NCBI RefSeq assembly: GCF_009914755.1
Contig: NC_060936.1
Length of the DNA stretch: 64,000 nt
Strand: one strand, 5' to 3'
Source of the DNA: the human T2T-CHM13v2.0 reference genome, Homo sapiens
Notes under the pieces: model-generated
Told to the model about the DNA's origin: nothing
The model's input: the letters and a program-made list of their open reading frames with translations, nothing else
Databases searched by the model: none
Part shown: piece by piece, positions 1-27,705 of the stretch
Position numbering within the stretch: position 1 is the first letter of the stretch
Layout: each line of letters begins with the position of its first letter
Translations under genes and position numbers: made by a program

Positions 1-299
1 AGATGCATACAGTACGGTGGGGAAAAGGTGGCAGTAGGGGAAAGTGGGCCAGGAGGAGTAAGACAGACAATCTCTGGAGAACATGAATGTACACGCCCTG
101 CTTCACCAGCACAGGGACAGGACAGGCCCAGCTTCCCACAGTGGAGGCTAGCATGGTCTGGATTCTCTCCTCAAATCAACATGCATTTGGTGAATACCTG
201 TCAGGAACTTCTTTCAAGAGTTATAAGAGTTGGCCGGGCACAATGGCTCATGCTTGTAATCCCAGCATTTTTGGGAGGCTGAGGGGGCAGATTACCTGA

Positions 300-655
<356 letters not shown>

Positions 656-690
656 AAACCCCATCTCTACTAAAAATACAAAATTAGCTA

Positions 691-857
<167 letters not shown>

Positions 858-869
858 TTATAAGAGTTA

Positions 870-1185
<316 letters not shown>

Positions 1186-1349
1186 TTAATGAAGATAAAT
1201 AAAGAGCCGGGAGCTAAGCACAGTGGTGCACACCTATAGTCCCAGCTACTCTGGAGGCAGAGGCAGGGGGAGACCTTGGGCCCAGGAGTTCAAACATGCA
1301 GTGATCTATGATAATGTCATTGCACTCCAGCCTGGGTGACAGAGCAAGA

Positions 1350-1467
1350 TGGATGGAAGGAAGCGAGGGAGGGAGGAAGGCAGGAAGGAAGGCAGTGGGG
1401 AGGGAGGGAGAAAGGAAGGAAAATAAAAGAAAAGAAAAAACAAAAGAAGAAACAAAAGAAAAGAAGG
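1350..1467. repeat. Purine-rich (GGAA/GGGA/GAAA) low-complexity tract
   Basis: Almost pure purine top strand; a similar tract lies at ~51706-51789. Confidence 0.85.
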
Positions 1468-2371
1468 GCTGGATGTACTGGCACATGCCTATAGTCCCAC
1501 AGGAGGGTCGCTGGAGTCCAGTTTGAGCCCAGTTCCAGATCAGCTACATGATGAGACCTTTTTTTTTTTTTTTTTTTTTGAGATGGGGTCTCATTCTGTC
1601 ACTGAGGGTGGAGTACAATGGCGTAATCTTGACTCACTGCAACCTCTGCCTCCCAGGCTCAAACAGTCCTCCTACCTCAGCCTCCTGAGTAGCTGAGATC
1701 ACAGGCGAGCACCACAACACCCGGCTAATTTTTTTGTATTTTTGGTAGAGACTGGGTTTCGCCATGTTGCCCAGGCTAGTCTTAAACTCCTAAACCCAGG
1801 TGGTCCACCCACCTCAGCCGCCCAAAGTGCTGGGATTACAGGCGTGAATCACTGCGCCCAATGAGACCCTGTCTTAAGAAAAAAGAAAGAAGAAAAAAAG
1901 AGGCTGGGCACAGTGACTCATGCCTGTAATCCCAGCACTTTGGGAGGCTGAGGCGGGTGGATTGCTTGAGTCCAGGAGTTCCAGACCAGCCTTGGCCTCT
2001 GGAAGGCTTTGTGAAACCACACCTCAGGTAAAAATACACACAGACACACAAAATTAGCCAGGCGTGATGGCATCCACCTGTAGTCCCAGCTACTTGGGAA
2101 GCTTGAGGTGGGAGAGTCACCTGAGCTTGGGGAGACAGTTTGCAGTGAGCTGCCGTCCTACCACTGCACTCAAGGTCTAATCTTTGTTCTCAGAAAGCCC
2201 ACAGAAACTTAAAAGAAGAAAAAGAAATGAAGAGTTATTGAAAGATGTGGAGTAAGGAGGTGAAATGACCAGGCTTTTATATTAGAATCTTCACCATGAG
2301 AAAGTATTACACAGAACTATAAGGTAACATGTTTGAGAATATTCATGACAGCTTTCTGGTTCAAGAAGCTA

Positions 2372-2686
<315 letters not shown>

Positions 2687-2854
2687 TTAAAAAGAAGCTA
2701 GTTCTCCATCTTGCAGGGAATACTATGCATAAGTTAGAAGTGATAAACTAGGCCATGTGCAGTGGCTCACACCTGCAATTCTAGCATTCCAGCACTTTGG
2801 GAGGCTGAGGCAGGAGGATTGCTTGAAGCCAGTAGTTAGAGACCAGCCTGCTCA

Positions 2855-3178
<324 letters not shown>

Positions 3179-3245
3179 TCAAAAAAACAAAAACAAAAAA
3201 ACAAAAACAAAAACAAACAAACAAATAAAATAAATGAAGTGATAA

Positions 3246-3531
<286 letters not shown>

Positions 3532-3692
3532 TGATCGGCCCCCCTCAGCCTCCCAAAGTGCTGGGATTACAGGCATGAGCCCCAACAACCAACTGAAACA
3601 CTTTATTTTATTTTTAATTTAATTTAATTTTTATTTTTGTATTTTTAGTAGAGAAGGGGTTTCACCATGGTCTCGATCTCCTGACCTCGTGA

Positions 3693-3968
<276 letters not shown>

Positions 3969-4110
3969 TAATCCCAGCACTTTGGGAGGCCGAGGCGGGT
4001 GGATCACCTGAGGTCAGGAGTTGGAGACCAGCCTGACCAAGATGGAGAAACCCTGTCTCTACTAAAAATATAAAATTAGCCGGGTGAGGTGGCACATGCC
4101 TGTAATCTCA

Positions 4111-4299
<189 letters not shown>

Positions 4300-4481
4300 T
4301 TAGCCAGGCATGATGGCAGGTGCCTGTAATCCCAGCTACATGGGTGGCTGAGGCAGGAGAATCACGTGAACCCGGGAGACAGAGGCTGCCTCGAGCCGAG
4401 ATCAAGCCATTTTACTCTAGCCTGAGTGACAAAGTGAGACTCTGTCTCAAAAAACAGAAAAAGGCAGGGCGTGGTGGTTCA

Positions 4482-4759
<278 letters not shown>

Positions 4760-4778
4760 TTAGCTGTGTGTGGTGTCA

Positions 4779-4904
<126 letters not shown>

Positions 4905-4920
4905 TCAAAAAAAGAAAGAA

Positions 4921-5281
4921 ACATTTAACAGGGACTTACAAACAGAAGCCCTGTTTGTATCTCTGGCAGTGGTGAGACAAGACAGTGTATCCCTGTGCCA
5001 TTAATCTCCAGATCCAGAATTTATATACCATAGGGAAGGAATGTGTAGGACAATTGAAGTCGACCTCTATGGGAAAGGCAAGAATGTTCTGTGAATCTGC
5101 CTAAGGGCAAGATTCATGGTCAAGGTGGTCTTGACCTAAGGGCAGGATTTATGATAAGTATATGCTCTTACCCAAAGATCAGTAGATAAAATAAAAATTT
5201 TAGAGGCATTCCTGGAGCTGGGGTTATTCAGAAGTCAACATAGCAGATTAACATCCAAGATGGAGTTGCTTCAGCCTCCAT
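4921..5281 (-). mobile_element. ERV solo-LTR fragment, LTR47-like
   Basis: Reverse complement begins TGGAGGCTGAAGCAACTCCATCTTGGATGTTAATCTGCTATGTTGACTTCTGAATAACCCCAG, resembling the LTR47 5' end as I recall it; internal repeat cctaagggcaRgatt at ~5100 and ~5135. Confidence 0.5.
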
Positions 5282-6396
5282 TCTGTAAAACTCTAGAAAA
5301 AAATAAATCTAGGGGCCAGGCACAGTGGCTCATGCCTATAATCCCAGCACTTTGGTAGGCCGAGGCGGGTGGATCATGATGTAAAGAGATTGAGACCATC
5401 CTGGACTCCATCTCAATTAAAAAAAAAAAAAAATTAGCTGAGCGTGGTGGCAGGCAACAAGAACAAAACTCCTGTCAAAAAACAAAACAAAACAACAACA
5501 ACACCTGCAGCGTGTGTAGAATTTAAAAAAAGACAATCCATAGGGAGAAAATATTTGTCATATTTTAAACAAATAATTAATATCTAATACACATAACAAG
5601 CTTCTTTAAGTCAAACAATGCAATACAAAAATATAGCCTGAGCCAGGCGCGGTGGCTCACGCCTGTAATTCCAGCACTTTGGGAGGCCGAGGTCGGTTGA
5701 TCACTTGAGGTTGGTAGTTCAAGACCAGCCTGACCAACATGGAGAAACCCTGTCTCTACTAAAAAATATAAAATTAGACGGGCATGGTGGCACATGCCTC
5801 TAATCCCAGATGCTCGGGAGGCTGAGGCAGGAGAATCACTTGAACCTGTGAGGCAGAGGTTGCTGAGCCGAGATTGCACCATTGCACTCCAGCCTGGGCA
5901 ACAAGAGTGAAACTCCATCTCAAAAAAAAAAATGTAGGCTGAGCACAGACCCTGTCTCTACAAAAAATAAAAACAGTTGGCTGGGCACTCGCAGTGGCTC
6001 ATGTCTGTAATCTCAGCACTTTGGGAGGCCAAGGCAGAAATATCATGAGTCCAGGAGTTTGAGTCCAGCTTGGGCAACGTATTGGGACTCCATCTCTAGA
6101 AAAAAATTTTAAAAATTAGCTGGGTGTGGTAGTCTGCGCCTGTAGTCCCAGCTACTTAGGAAGTTGAGAGAGAAAGATCACTTGAGCCCAGGAGGTGGAG
6201 GCTGCAGTGAACCATGACTGTACCACTGCATTCCAGCCTGGATGACACCTAAGACCCTGTCTCAAAAATTTATTTTAAGGTTGGGCAAGGTGGCTTATGC
6301 CTATAATCCCAGCATGTTGGGAGGCCAAGGCAGGAGGATCCCTTCAGCCCAGGAGTTCAAAACCAGCCTGGAAAACATAGTGGGACCTTTTCTCTA

Positions 6397-6555
<159 letters not shown>

Positions 6556-7054
6556 TCAAAAACAAAAACAAACAAATTATTTATTTTTGTTTGTTTTTGT
6601 TTTTATTTATTTTTTGTTTTGTTTCTGTTTTAAGACAAAAGCCCTGTCGCCCATGCTAAAGTACAGTGGTACAATCTGGGCTCACTGCAACCTCTGTCTC
6701 CCAAATTCAAGCGACCCTCCCACATCAGCCTCTGGAGTGGCTTGGGACTTCAGGTGTGCAGCACCATGCCCAGTTAAAAAAAAAAATTTCTTTTTAATAA
6801 AAATAAAAATATGGCCGGGCTCAGTGGCTCATGTTTGTAAGCATAGCACTTTGGAAGGCCAAGGCAGGTGGAATGATTGAGCCCAGGAGTTCAAGACCAG
6901 CCTGGTAACATGGCAAAACCTCTTCTCTACAAAAAATACCGATGATTGAGCCACTGCACTCCAGCCTGGGCGACAGAGTGAGACCCTGTCACAGAAATAA
7001 GTGAAATTCACGCCTGTAATCCCAGCACTTTGGGAGGTCGAGGCGGGCGGATCA

Positions 7055-7653
<599 letters not shown>

Positions 7654-7767
7654 TCACAAGGTCAAGAGATTGAGACCATCCTGGCCAATGTGGTGAAACC
7701 CCGTCTCTACTAAAAACACAAAAATTAGCTGGGCATGGTGGCACACGCCTATAGTCCCAGCTACTCA

Positions 7768-7956
<189 letters not shown>

Positions 7957-8644
7957 TCACTTCACTCCACTGTGTGTTTTTTATTTTTTTATTTTTTTGA
8001 GACGGAGTCTCACTCTGTCGCCAGGTTGGAGTGCAGTGGCACGATCTCAGCTCACTGAAACCTCCACCTCCCATGTTCAATCGATTCTCTTGCCTCAGCC
8101 TCCCAAGTAGCTGGGATTACAGGTACCCACCACCACTCCCAGCTAATTTTTGTATTTTTAATGGAGATGGGGTTTCGCTATGTTGGCCAGGCTGGTCTCG
8201 AACTCCTGACCTCAGGTGATCCACCCACCTCGGCCTCTCAAAGTGCTGGGATTACAGGCATAAGCCACCTTGTCAAGCCTCCACTGTGTGTATAAAGGTA
8301 CAGACTAGTAAGTGCAACAAAGTGTTAACAGCTGCATGCTTAAAGACAGTAGAGGTTGCAATGGGGGCTCCTGGAGTAGTGTGGCCAATTCAAAAAGAAA
8401 AGGGATGTTTTTGGAAAGGACTCCAGAGCTGAAGCTTAATCTAAGACTTGAAAGGTGAGTTCTTCCCAGCACTTTGGGAGGCTGAGGTGGGCAGATCACC
8501 TGAGGTCGGGAGTTCGAGACTAGCCTGACCAACATGGAGAAACCCCGTCTCTACTAAAAATACAAAATTTATCAGCCGGGTGCAGTGGCTTACGCCTGTA
8601 ATCCCAGCACTTTGGGAGGCTGAGGTGGGTGGATCACGAGGTCA

Positions 8645-9250
<606 letters not shown>

Positions 9251-9340
9251 TGAGCCACCGCACCCGGCTGGCACTTGGCCTATTTTGTGACTGATAAGTA
9301 GTTGAGTGGGCATGACTAAGAATTCTTCTCACACCTCTAG

Positions 9341-9650
<310 letters not shown>

Positions 9651-9653
9651 TGA

Positions 9654-9896
<243 letters not shown>

Positions 9897-10144
9897 TGAC
9901 TGGGCTGGTCTCGAACTCCTGACCTCAAGTGATCTGCCCGCCCTGGTCTCACAAAGTGTTGGGATTACAGGTGTCAGCCACTGCACCCGATCTTGATTTC
10001 ATGTATACCATATGATGAAGTCTATGTTCAGGTGTTCAGTAAGAGTCCCTGAGGCCACAATATGGTGCCTATTTTGATGAAGATCAACCGGGAGACAAGG
10101 AATCTGTTAAGTGCATGTATAGTAGCAATGCAAGTAAGCAATGA

Positions 10145-10548
<404 letters not shown>

Positions 10549-11816
10549 TGAGTAGCTGAGATTACGGGCAACTGCCACTGCATCCGGCTCATTTTTGTAT
10601 TTTTAGTAGAGATGGGGTTTTACCATATTGGTCAGGCTAGTCTTGAACTCCTGACCTCATGATCCACCCGCCTCGGCCTCCCAAATTGCTGGGATTACAG
10701 GCGTGAGCCACCGCGCCCGGCCGCCGGCTAAATTTTTTGTATTTTTAGTAGAGACAGGGTTTCACTGCATTAGCCAGGATGGTCTCGATCTGACCTTGTG
10801 ATCCGCCTGCCTCGGCCTCCCAAAGTGCTGGGATTACAGGCATGAGCCACTGCGCCTGGCCTCCTTTTTCTTTTTTAGACAAAGTCTCACTCACTGTTGC
10901 CCAGGCTGGAGTGCAGGGGCGCCATCTCAGCTCACTGCAACCTCCACCTCCCCGTTCAGCGATTCTCCTGCCTCAGCCTCCTGAGTAGCTGGAACTACGG
11001 GCACATGCCACCACGCCTTGCTAATTTTTGTATTTTTATTATGGACAAGGTTTCACCATGTTGCCCAGGCTAGTCTCCAACCCCTTGGCTCAAGTGATCT
11101 GCCTGCCTTGGCCTCTCAAAGTGCTGGAATTACAGGCATGAGCCACCACGCCCAGCCTTCTTTTATTTTATTATTTTGTTTTATTTTAAATTGATGAGAT
11201 TTGATGACTAATTACATATCAAATCTCATTCCATATCCCCTGTGACAGGGGATGATGAAAGTTTGAGAGGGAGAGAGTAGAAGTTTGTTGGGGAGTAAAC
11301 TAGACAGAAGTTCCCTGAAAAAGGGATAACTTGTGTATGTATGTCCTTCATTGCAAGTAGGACAGTATATTATAATAACCTGTGTATGCATCTGCTTCCT
11401 CTAGCAGGCCATGAGTCAGGGCCATATCTCATCCCCCTCATCTTTCCCAGTGTCTAGCACACTGTCTTGCACACAGCATGTTCAACACTGATGAAAGAAC
11501 ATCAGTAAAGAGTGGCCTTAGTCTGGGGTGGGAGTAAGAAGAGCAGAGAATGGTGGGGGTGTAAATAATCACACGAGTTGGAAGATAGGAAGTTCTCCAG
11601 GCTACTCCCTCCCTCCTCAGCCTTAGTCAAAAGTCTGACCCATGGAGGATTGCTCAATTTTCTCTGAGTCCTTTCCTTCTCTGGACTAGCCACACAGTGT
11701 GATAGATGCTGACTAGCTGGGACATGGATGTCTTCAGTATGAGGGAGAAGGTCTCACCCAAATTCTACTACTACTGCCCAGAAACCATCCTATTTTTTTT
11801 TTTTTTTTTTTTTTGA

Positions 11817-11945
<129 letters not shown>

Positions 11946-12476
11946 TGACACCATGCCCAGCTAACTTTTTGTGTTTTTAGTAGAGGCGGGGTGTCACCAT
12001 GTTGGTCAGGCTGGTTTCAAACTCCTGACCTCAGATGATTCACCTGCCTTGGCCTCCCAAAGTGCTGGGATTACAGGCGTGAGCCACCGCGCCCAGGCCA
12101 GAAACTGATTCTAAAAAGGCACTGTGTGGGAGAAGCTCGGACTTCTACTTCCCTTCTCTAAACCACTAAGCCTTGAGATATATGGCAAAAGGTGACATGT
12201 CCTTGGCCCTGTGCCACAGGCTCATTTGGCAAGGGGAAAAGAGAAAAAAGCAGCTGAGAAAGTGCTGAACTCCAGCAAAAAGGAAAGGAGGCCATGGGCC
12301 TGAGGCTTGTGATGTGAAAGGAGAAAGGAGCCAGTGGGGATTTGTACTGTTACGATTATTATTATTTAATTTAAAAATTCTGGGCCGGGCACGGTGGCTC
12401 ACGCTTGTAATCCCAGCACTTTGGGAGGCCGAAGCAGGTGGATCACGAGGTCAGGAGATCCAGACCATCCTGGCTA

Positions 12477-12641
<165 letters not shown>

Positions 12642-12644
12642 CTA

Positions 12645-13210
<566 letters not shown>

Positions 13211-13268
13211 TTACCTGAGGTCAGGAGTTTGAGACAAGCCTGGTCAACATGGTGAAACCCTATCTCTA

Positions 13269-13445
<177 letters not shown>

Positions 13446-13565
13446 TTAAGGCCAGGCGCAGTGGCTCACGCCTGTAATCCCAGCACTTTGGGAGGCTGAG
13501 GTGGGCGGATCACCTGAGGTCAGGAGTTCGAGACCAGCCTCAACATGGAGAAACCCCCATCTCTA

Positions 13566-13762
<197 letters not shown>

Positions 13763-14391
13763 TTAAAAAGTAAATAATAAATAAATAATAAAAAATAAAA
13801 CTAGGGGCCAGGCGCAGTGGCTCACGCCTGTAATCCCAGCACTTTGGGAGGCTGAGGCAGGTGGATCACGAGGTCAGGAGTTCAAGCCCAGCCTGGCCAA
13901 GATGGTGAAACCCCATTTCTACTAAAAATACAAAAATTAGCCAGGTGTGGTGGTGGGTGCCTGTAATCCCAGCTACTAGGGAGGATGAGACAGAGAATTG
14001 CTTGAACCCAGGAGGGGGAGGTGGCAGTGAGCCAAGAATGTGCCACTGCACTCCAGCCTGGGTGACAGAGCGAGACTCCGTCTCAAAAAAAAAAAAAATT
14101 GAAGTTAAATAAAACTAATACAGTTGGGGCCAGGCATGGCAGTTCACGCCTCTAACTTTAGTACTTTGGGAGGCCAAGGCAGGAGGATATCGAGGCCAGG
14201 AGTTGAAGACCAGCCGCAGGGCAACAGAGTCAGACCTCATCTCTACAAAACTTAGAAAAATTAGCCGAGTGCAGCCGGGCGCAGCGGCTCAAGCCTGGAA
14301 TCCCAGCACTTTGGGAGGCCGAGGTGGGCAGATCACGAAGTCAGGAGATCAAGACCATCCTGGCTAACACAGTGAAACCCCACCTCTATTA

Positions 14392-14604
<213 letters not shown>

Positions 14605-15005
14605 TCAGCTAGTTAGGAGACTGAGGTGTGAGGATCACTTGAGCCCAGAAGTTGGAGGCTGCAGTGAGCTATGATCATGCAACTGCACTCCAGCCTGAGT
14701 GACAAAGTGAGATCCTGTCTCAGAAAAAAAAAAAATTGAAAAATTTAACCATTTGTACTGTTAAAAAATCATTTAGGGCTGGCTGGGCGCAGTGGCTCAC
14801 GCTTGTAATCCCAGCACTTTGGGAGGCCGAGGCGGGTGGATCTCGAGGTCAGGAGTGTGAGACCAGCCTGACCAACATGAAGAAACCCGTCTCTACTAAA
14901 AATACAAAATTAGTCAGGTGTGGTGGCACATGCCTGTAATCCCAGCTACTCGGGAGGCTGAGGCAGAAGAATCACTTGAACCCGGGAAGCAGAGGATGCA
15001 GTTAA

Positions 15006-15305
<300 letters not shown>

Positions 15306-16255
15306 TAGCCAGGATGGTCTTGATCTCCTGACCTCGTGATCTGCCCGCCTTGGCCTCCCAAAGTGCTGGGATTACAAGTGTGAGCCACCGCACCCGGCCG
15401 GTGAGTTCTTGACCTGTGGCAGAAGGGCATTCTAGAAGACCACAACTGTGTGTGTATTAGTGCAATGTCACAGAGGAAGACACTTGGCTTTTTTTTTTTT
15501 TAAGACGGAGTTTCACTCTGTCGCCAGGCTTGAGTTCAGTGGCGTGATCTCAGCTCATGCAGCCTACACCTCCTGGGTTCAAGAGATTCCCCTGCCTCAG
15601 CCTCCTGAATAGCTGGGACTACAGGTGTGCACCACCACACCCGGCTAATGTTTCGTGTTTTTAGTAGAGACGGGGAAACTCCGTCTAAAAAAAAAATAAA
15701 TAAATCATTTAAGGCCGGGCGCGGTGGCCCACGCCTGTAATCCCAGCACTTTGGGAGGCTGAGGCGGGCAGATCATGAGGTCAAGAGATGGAGACCATCC
15801 TGGCCAACATGGTGAAACACCGTCTCTAGCATGGCAACAGAGGGAGACTCCGTCTCAAAAAAAAATTATAATAATAATCATTTAGGCCGGGCACAGTGGC
15901 TCACGCCTGTAATCCCAGCACTTTGGGAGCCCGAGGCAGGCGGATCACGAGGTCAGGAGATCAAGACCATCCTGGCTAACATGGTGAAACCCCGTCTCTA
16001 CTAAAAATACAAAAAAATTAGCCGCGCCTGGTGGCAGGCGCCTGTAGTCCCAGCTACTGGGAGGCTGAGGCAGGAGAATGGCGTGAATCCGGGAGGCGGA
16101 GCTTGCAGTGAGCCGAGATCGCGCCACTGGACTCCAGCCTGGGCGACAGAGCCAGACTCCATCTCAAAAAAATAAATAAATAAAATAATAATAATAATCA
16201 TTTAAATCAGAAGAGAAGAAAATGAACCTAGAACACCCATCATCTGAACTTAGCA

Positions 16256-16288
<33 letters not shown>
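16256..16288. repeat. (ATT)~10 Alu-tail microsatellite
   Basis: Perfect trinucleotide run at an antisense Alu tail. Confidence 0.9.
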
Positions 16289-16476
16289 TTGAGACGGAGT
16301 TTCACTCTTGTTGCCCAGGCTGGAGTGCAATGGCGAGATCTCGGCTTACCGCAAACTCCGCCTTCTGGACTCAAGCGATTCTCCTGCCTCAGAGTCTCCA
16401 GAGTAGCTGGGACTACAGGCACGTGCCACCTCACCCGGCTAATTTATTTTAGTAGAGAGGGGGTTTTGTCCTGTCA

Positions 16477-16800
<324 letters not shown>

Positions 16801-16989
16801 TTAGGGAAATGCTAAAGAAGTAGAATTGTAGTCAGGGAGTCCTGCCTCACCTGCCTTGAGACCTTGATCGGGCACACTTCTCAAGCTCTGTTTATTTCCT
16901 ACCTTTGGAAAGGGATAATATATCTACAGATGTTAGTTATGAGTTTGTGAGTGACTGGAGAAATTCTTCCTGGGACACTCCCAGGGACC

Positions 16990-24514
<7,525 letters not shown>

Positions 24515-24569
24515 CGGCAGTTTAATTCCCTCAAGAATTTATAGAAAACTTTTGGTGGAACTATTCTGG

Positions 24570-24690
24570 GTTGGAATCTAACACTACAACTCATTTGCTT
24601 TGTGACCTTGGGTAAGTCACTTCTCAGCCTAAATGTCTTCACTTATAAAATACATAATATAGCTGATACTTAATAAAATCTTCCTTTTAA
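24570..24690 (+). mobile_element. MIR fragment
   Basis: tgtgaccttgggtaagtcacttctcagcct...cacttataaaat resembles the MIR core. Confidence 0.6.
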
Positions 24691-25479
24691 GGATGACATG
24701 GAATACTAACTGCCTCCCTGACTTAGGCACCTAACACGGTAGGCAGTCAGCAATCACTTCACCTTTTTACCTGTTTAAAGCAGCAGAGGCCTCAGTTCTT
24801 ACCTTCAAAGGGCTTAAAATAGTTTAGGAGAATTCACATTTTAAAACATAAGAACATATAAGCAGGTGACAACATATAAGATACAAATACTGAAGGACAT
24901 GACCTCATCGTGTCATTGACAAGCTATTAAGGCCGGCTCCACCAAAACACGGATAAAGAGGAGGCCAGAAATCCAGGTGCCTGCAGTAAAGTTTCTTAAC
25001 CTTCGTGATTGCAAAAAGCTGGAGCTCAGCTATCTTGCTTTATGCATAGGCGGTATTTACTATTAAGGGGGAAAAAATGGAAGTGACTTATCCGCACTTT
25101 AGCCTCAAGGCTTGAAAAGTTAACCAGTCGTTTAAGTGGTTAGCGCCTTTGTCTGGGGGAACTTAATAAAATCGCGTTTTCTGGAGTCTCACGGAGACTC
25201 TGCATATTGGTCAGCTCAGTATTAACTTATTCGGTGAGTGCTGTCACCAGATCTCGTCCCGCCTGCATTCCCAGGGCTTGCAGCGACATTGAGGCATCTG
25301 CCCGCCTGTCCGACCACCCGGGAGGGGGGTAAGATTTGAGAGGTACTTTATAGGGGCAGTTAAATGAAGACGCAAACAAGTCCTAGTGTTGATGCGGAAC
25401 TGCGCGCCGAATGCCTTGGCTCTGACACCTGTTGAGCTGCAGGACTCCGCTAAAGCGTCCCACCTAATGACTGTAACAA

Positions 25480-26338
25480 CGTCCCCTGAGGAGGGCCAAT
25501 ATGGCGACGGTCTCCTCTTGGCATAGCCCTCTTCCCTCCCTCATGATGGGCAGCTCCAGTAACGCCCATTGGCTAACTAGGAGGCGGTGCCAGGCCTACT
25601 TCGTCCCCTCATTGGATTGAATAACTGAGGGAGCCGCCAATTCTCCTCTGCCACTCCAAGTTTCCGCCCTCAGTTAATTCGGCGTTTAATTGGCTTTTAG
25701 TTCACGTCAATATGCGTCCTTTCCTGTCTCTTTTCAGTCTAACTCCAATCATAACGTTCCTGGCTGCCCGCCTGATTTCTGATTGGTTTTAATCAGCTTC
25801 ATCCTCTCCTATTCCTGCCTACTTCTTACCTCTCCGCCCACTAGGATTTTGCCCAAGCATATCCCGGATTCTGGTTGGCCGTTGTTCTGTCATTCCTATC
25901 AAAGCTTTGCCTATCCCTACGTCTCAGGGAGCCCGCCTGCCGGTTGACTGGTTTCCTTCCAAGCCAATCATCTCCAGCTCCCGCCCATCTTCACTTCCTG
26001 CATCCTTCATTGGCTTTTAACACTGAGAGGGCGGTCTTTTTAGGCGGACACCAGGCACGCAACTTAGTCTCACACGCCTTGGAGAGCAAGCGAGTCTTGC
26101 CATTGGATAATTCCACCGTCTTTCTTCTGCAAGTCCCTCCTTTCCCCCTCCCTCATTGGGCGGGGCAGCAGAGAAGGGGCGGGGCCTAGGTTGGGCTTGT
26201 GGCGCGCTGCTCCCTCCTCCTTACCCCCCCCTCCCTGTCCGGTCCGGGTTCGCTTGCCTCGTCAGCGTCCGCGTTTTTCCCGGCCCCCCCCAACCCCCCC
26301 GGACAGGACCCCCTTGAGCTTGTCCCTCAGCTGCCACC
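25480..26338 (+). promoter_or_regulatory. SP1 TATA-less proximal promoter and 5'UTR
   Basis: GC boxes TGGGCGGGGC 26157-26166 and GGGGCGGGGC 26176-26185; 11 CCAAT/ATTGG boxes; YY1-like AATATGGCG 25498-25506; ETS CACTTCCTG 25992-26000; TGACGTGA on the minus strand at ~25702-25709; pyrimidine-rich, ATG-free leader before the start codon. Exact TSS cannot be read from sequence (~26220-26250 expected). Confidence 0.85.
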
Positions 26339-26870
26339 ATGAGCGGTAAGGATGAGTCCACTCCAAGCTTAGGGGTGGGAGGCGAGTGAGGGGGCGCGCG
26401 CGAGGGCCGACCGGGCGATCCCCGCCGTGAAGCGGGGGCGGGCGGGAGGCGGCGGCGGCGGCGGCCTAGGTCCCGCCCGGGGCGGAGGGAAGGGAGGGAG
26501 ACGGGGCAGTGGCGGGGCCTCCGAGGAGGAGGGGGATGGGCCGCCCGCCCCGGGGGAGGGGGCAGCGTGGCCTCGCCCGCCCCCTGCCCGCCCCGGCCAC
26601 GGGGGACGGGCCTTACCCCCCACTACTCGGCCGCCCGCCTGAGGCTCCTCCCGCCGGGGGCTGGAGCCGCGGGGGCGGCCCGAGCAGCGAAGGCCCCGCC
26701 CGGGCCAACCGCCTGCCTGGTCCGCCCTCTGGTCGCCGCCTGCTCCAAGGCCCTCCTCCCCCCACTTTCCGTAGATTTCCCTTCCCCCCCGCCCCCCACC
26801 GTCCCGCCCTTTCCACGCCCCTCACCCCGAAACCGCCCTTTCCCTCAGGGCCCGCCCTCCGCCCCGAAAC
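26150..26870. promoter_or_regulatory. CpG island over exon 1 and 5' intron 1
   Basis: Very GC-rich with dense CpG (e.g. gggggcgcgcgcgagggccgaccgggcg) and many GC boxes. Confidence 0.9.
26339..26345 (+). CDS. SP1: SP1 coding exon 1 (ATG AGC G; Met-Ser plus first base of Asp3)
   Basis: Kozak GCCACCATG at 26333-26341, then donor G|GTAAGG at 26346; joins exon 2 to give MSDQDHSMDEMTAVV, the known Sp1 N-terminus. Confidence 0.95.
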
Positions 26871-26909
26871 CTTCTGACTACTAACCTGTAGATCCCTTTA
26901 GTTCCTTAG

Positions 26910-27298
<389 letters not shown>

Positions 27299-27705
27299 TC
27301 TCCATCTCTTTTAAACTTAATTTTAGCAAGCTTTCCATGCACCCACATGTTGTTTTATGCCTTACCTGTCCTTTTCCTTTTTTTCCCTTAGGATACTTTT
27401 TCTTATTTAGAAACTCTCACCATGCCTACCGTCCTTCACATTTCCTATCCCCAAAGCACTTTTTGAATGTTTTCTTAGTTTAATTTTGTACAAGGGAGAA
27501 TTAAGGCCCACTTTTGGCACATTGAACCTAGTTCATGTCCTGCATGCCCTGCAGCTCCCCTCTGCCCTCCAATCCATTTTCTTTATACTGGTGGCTTTCG
27601 CCTTCCTGTTAGTCATTGCTATTTCATCATAGCCTCCTTTTATCCTTCCTACTTCATTTCTTTTCTTCCCTCAAGTTTACGTTGTTTGTTTTTTAATTAT
27701 TTTAG

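Noticed and set aside
26369-26884. Overlapping Pro/Gly/Arg-rich ORFs in the CpG island (also 17057-17880)
   Set aside because: Expected from stop-codon scarcity in GC-rich DNA; no recognisable domain.
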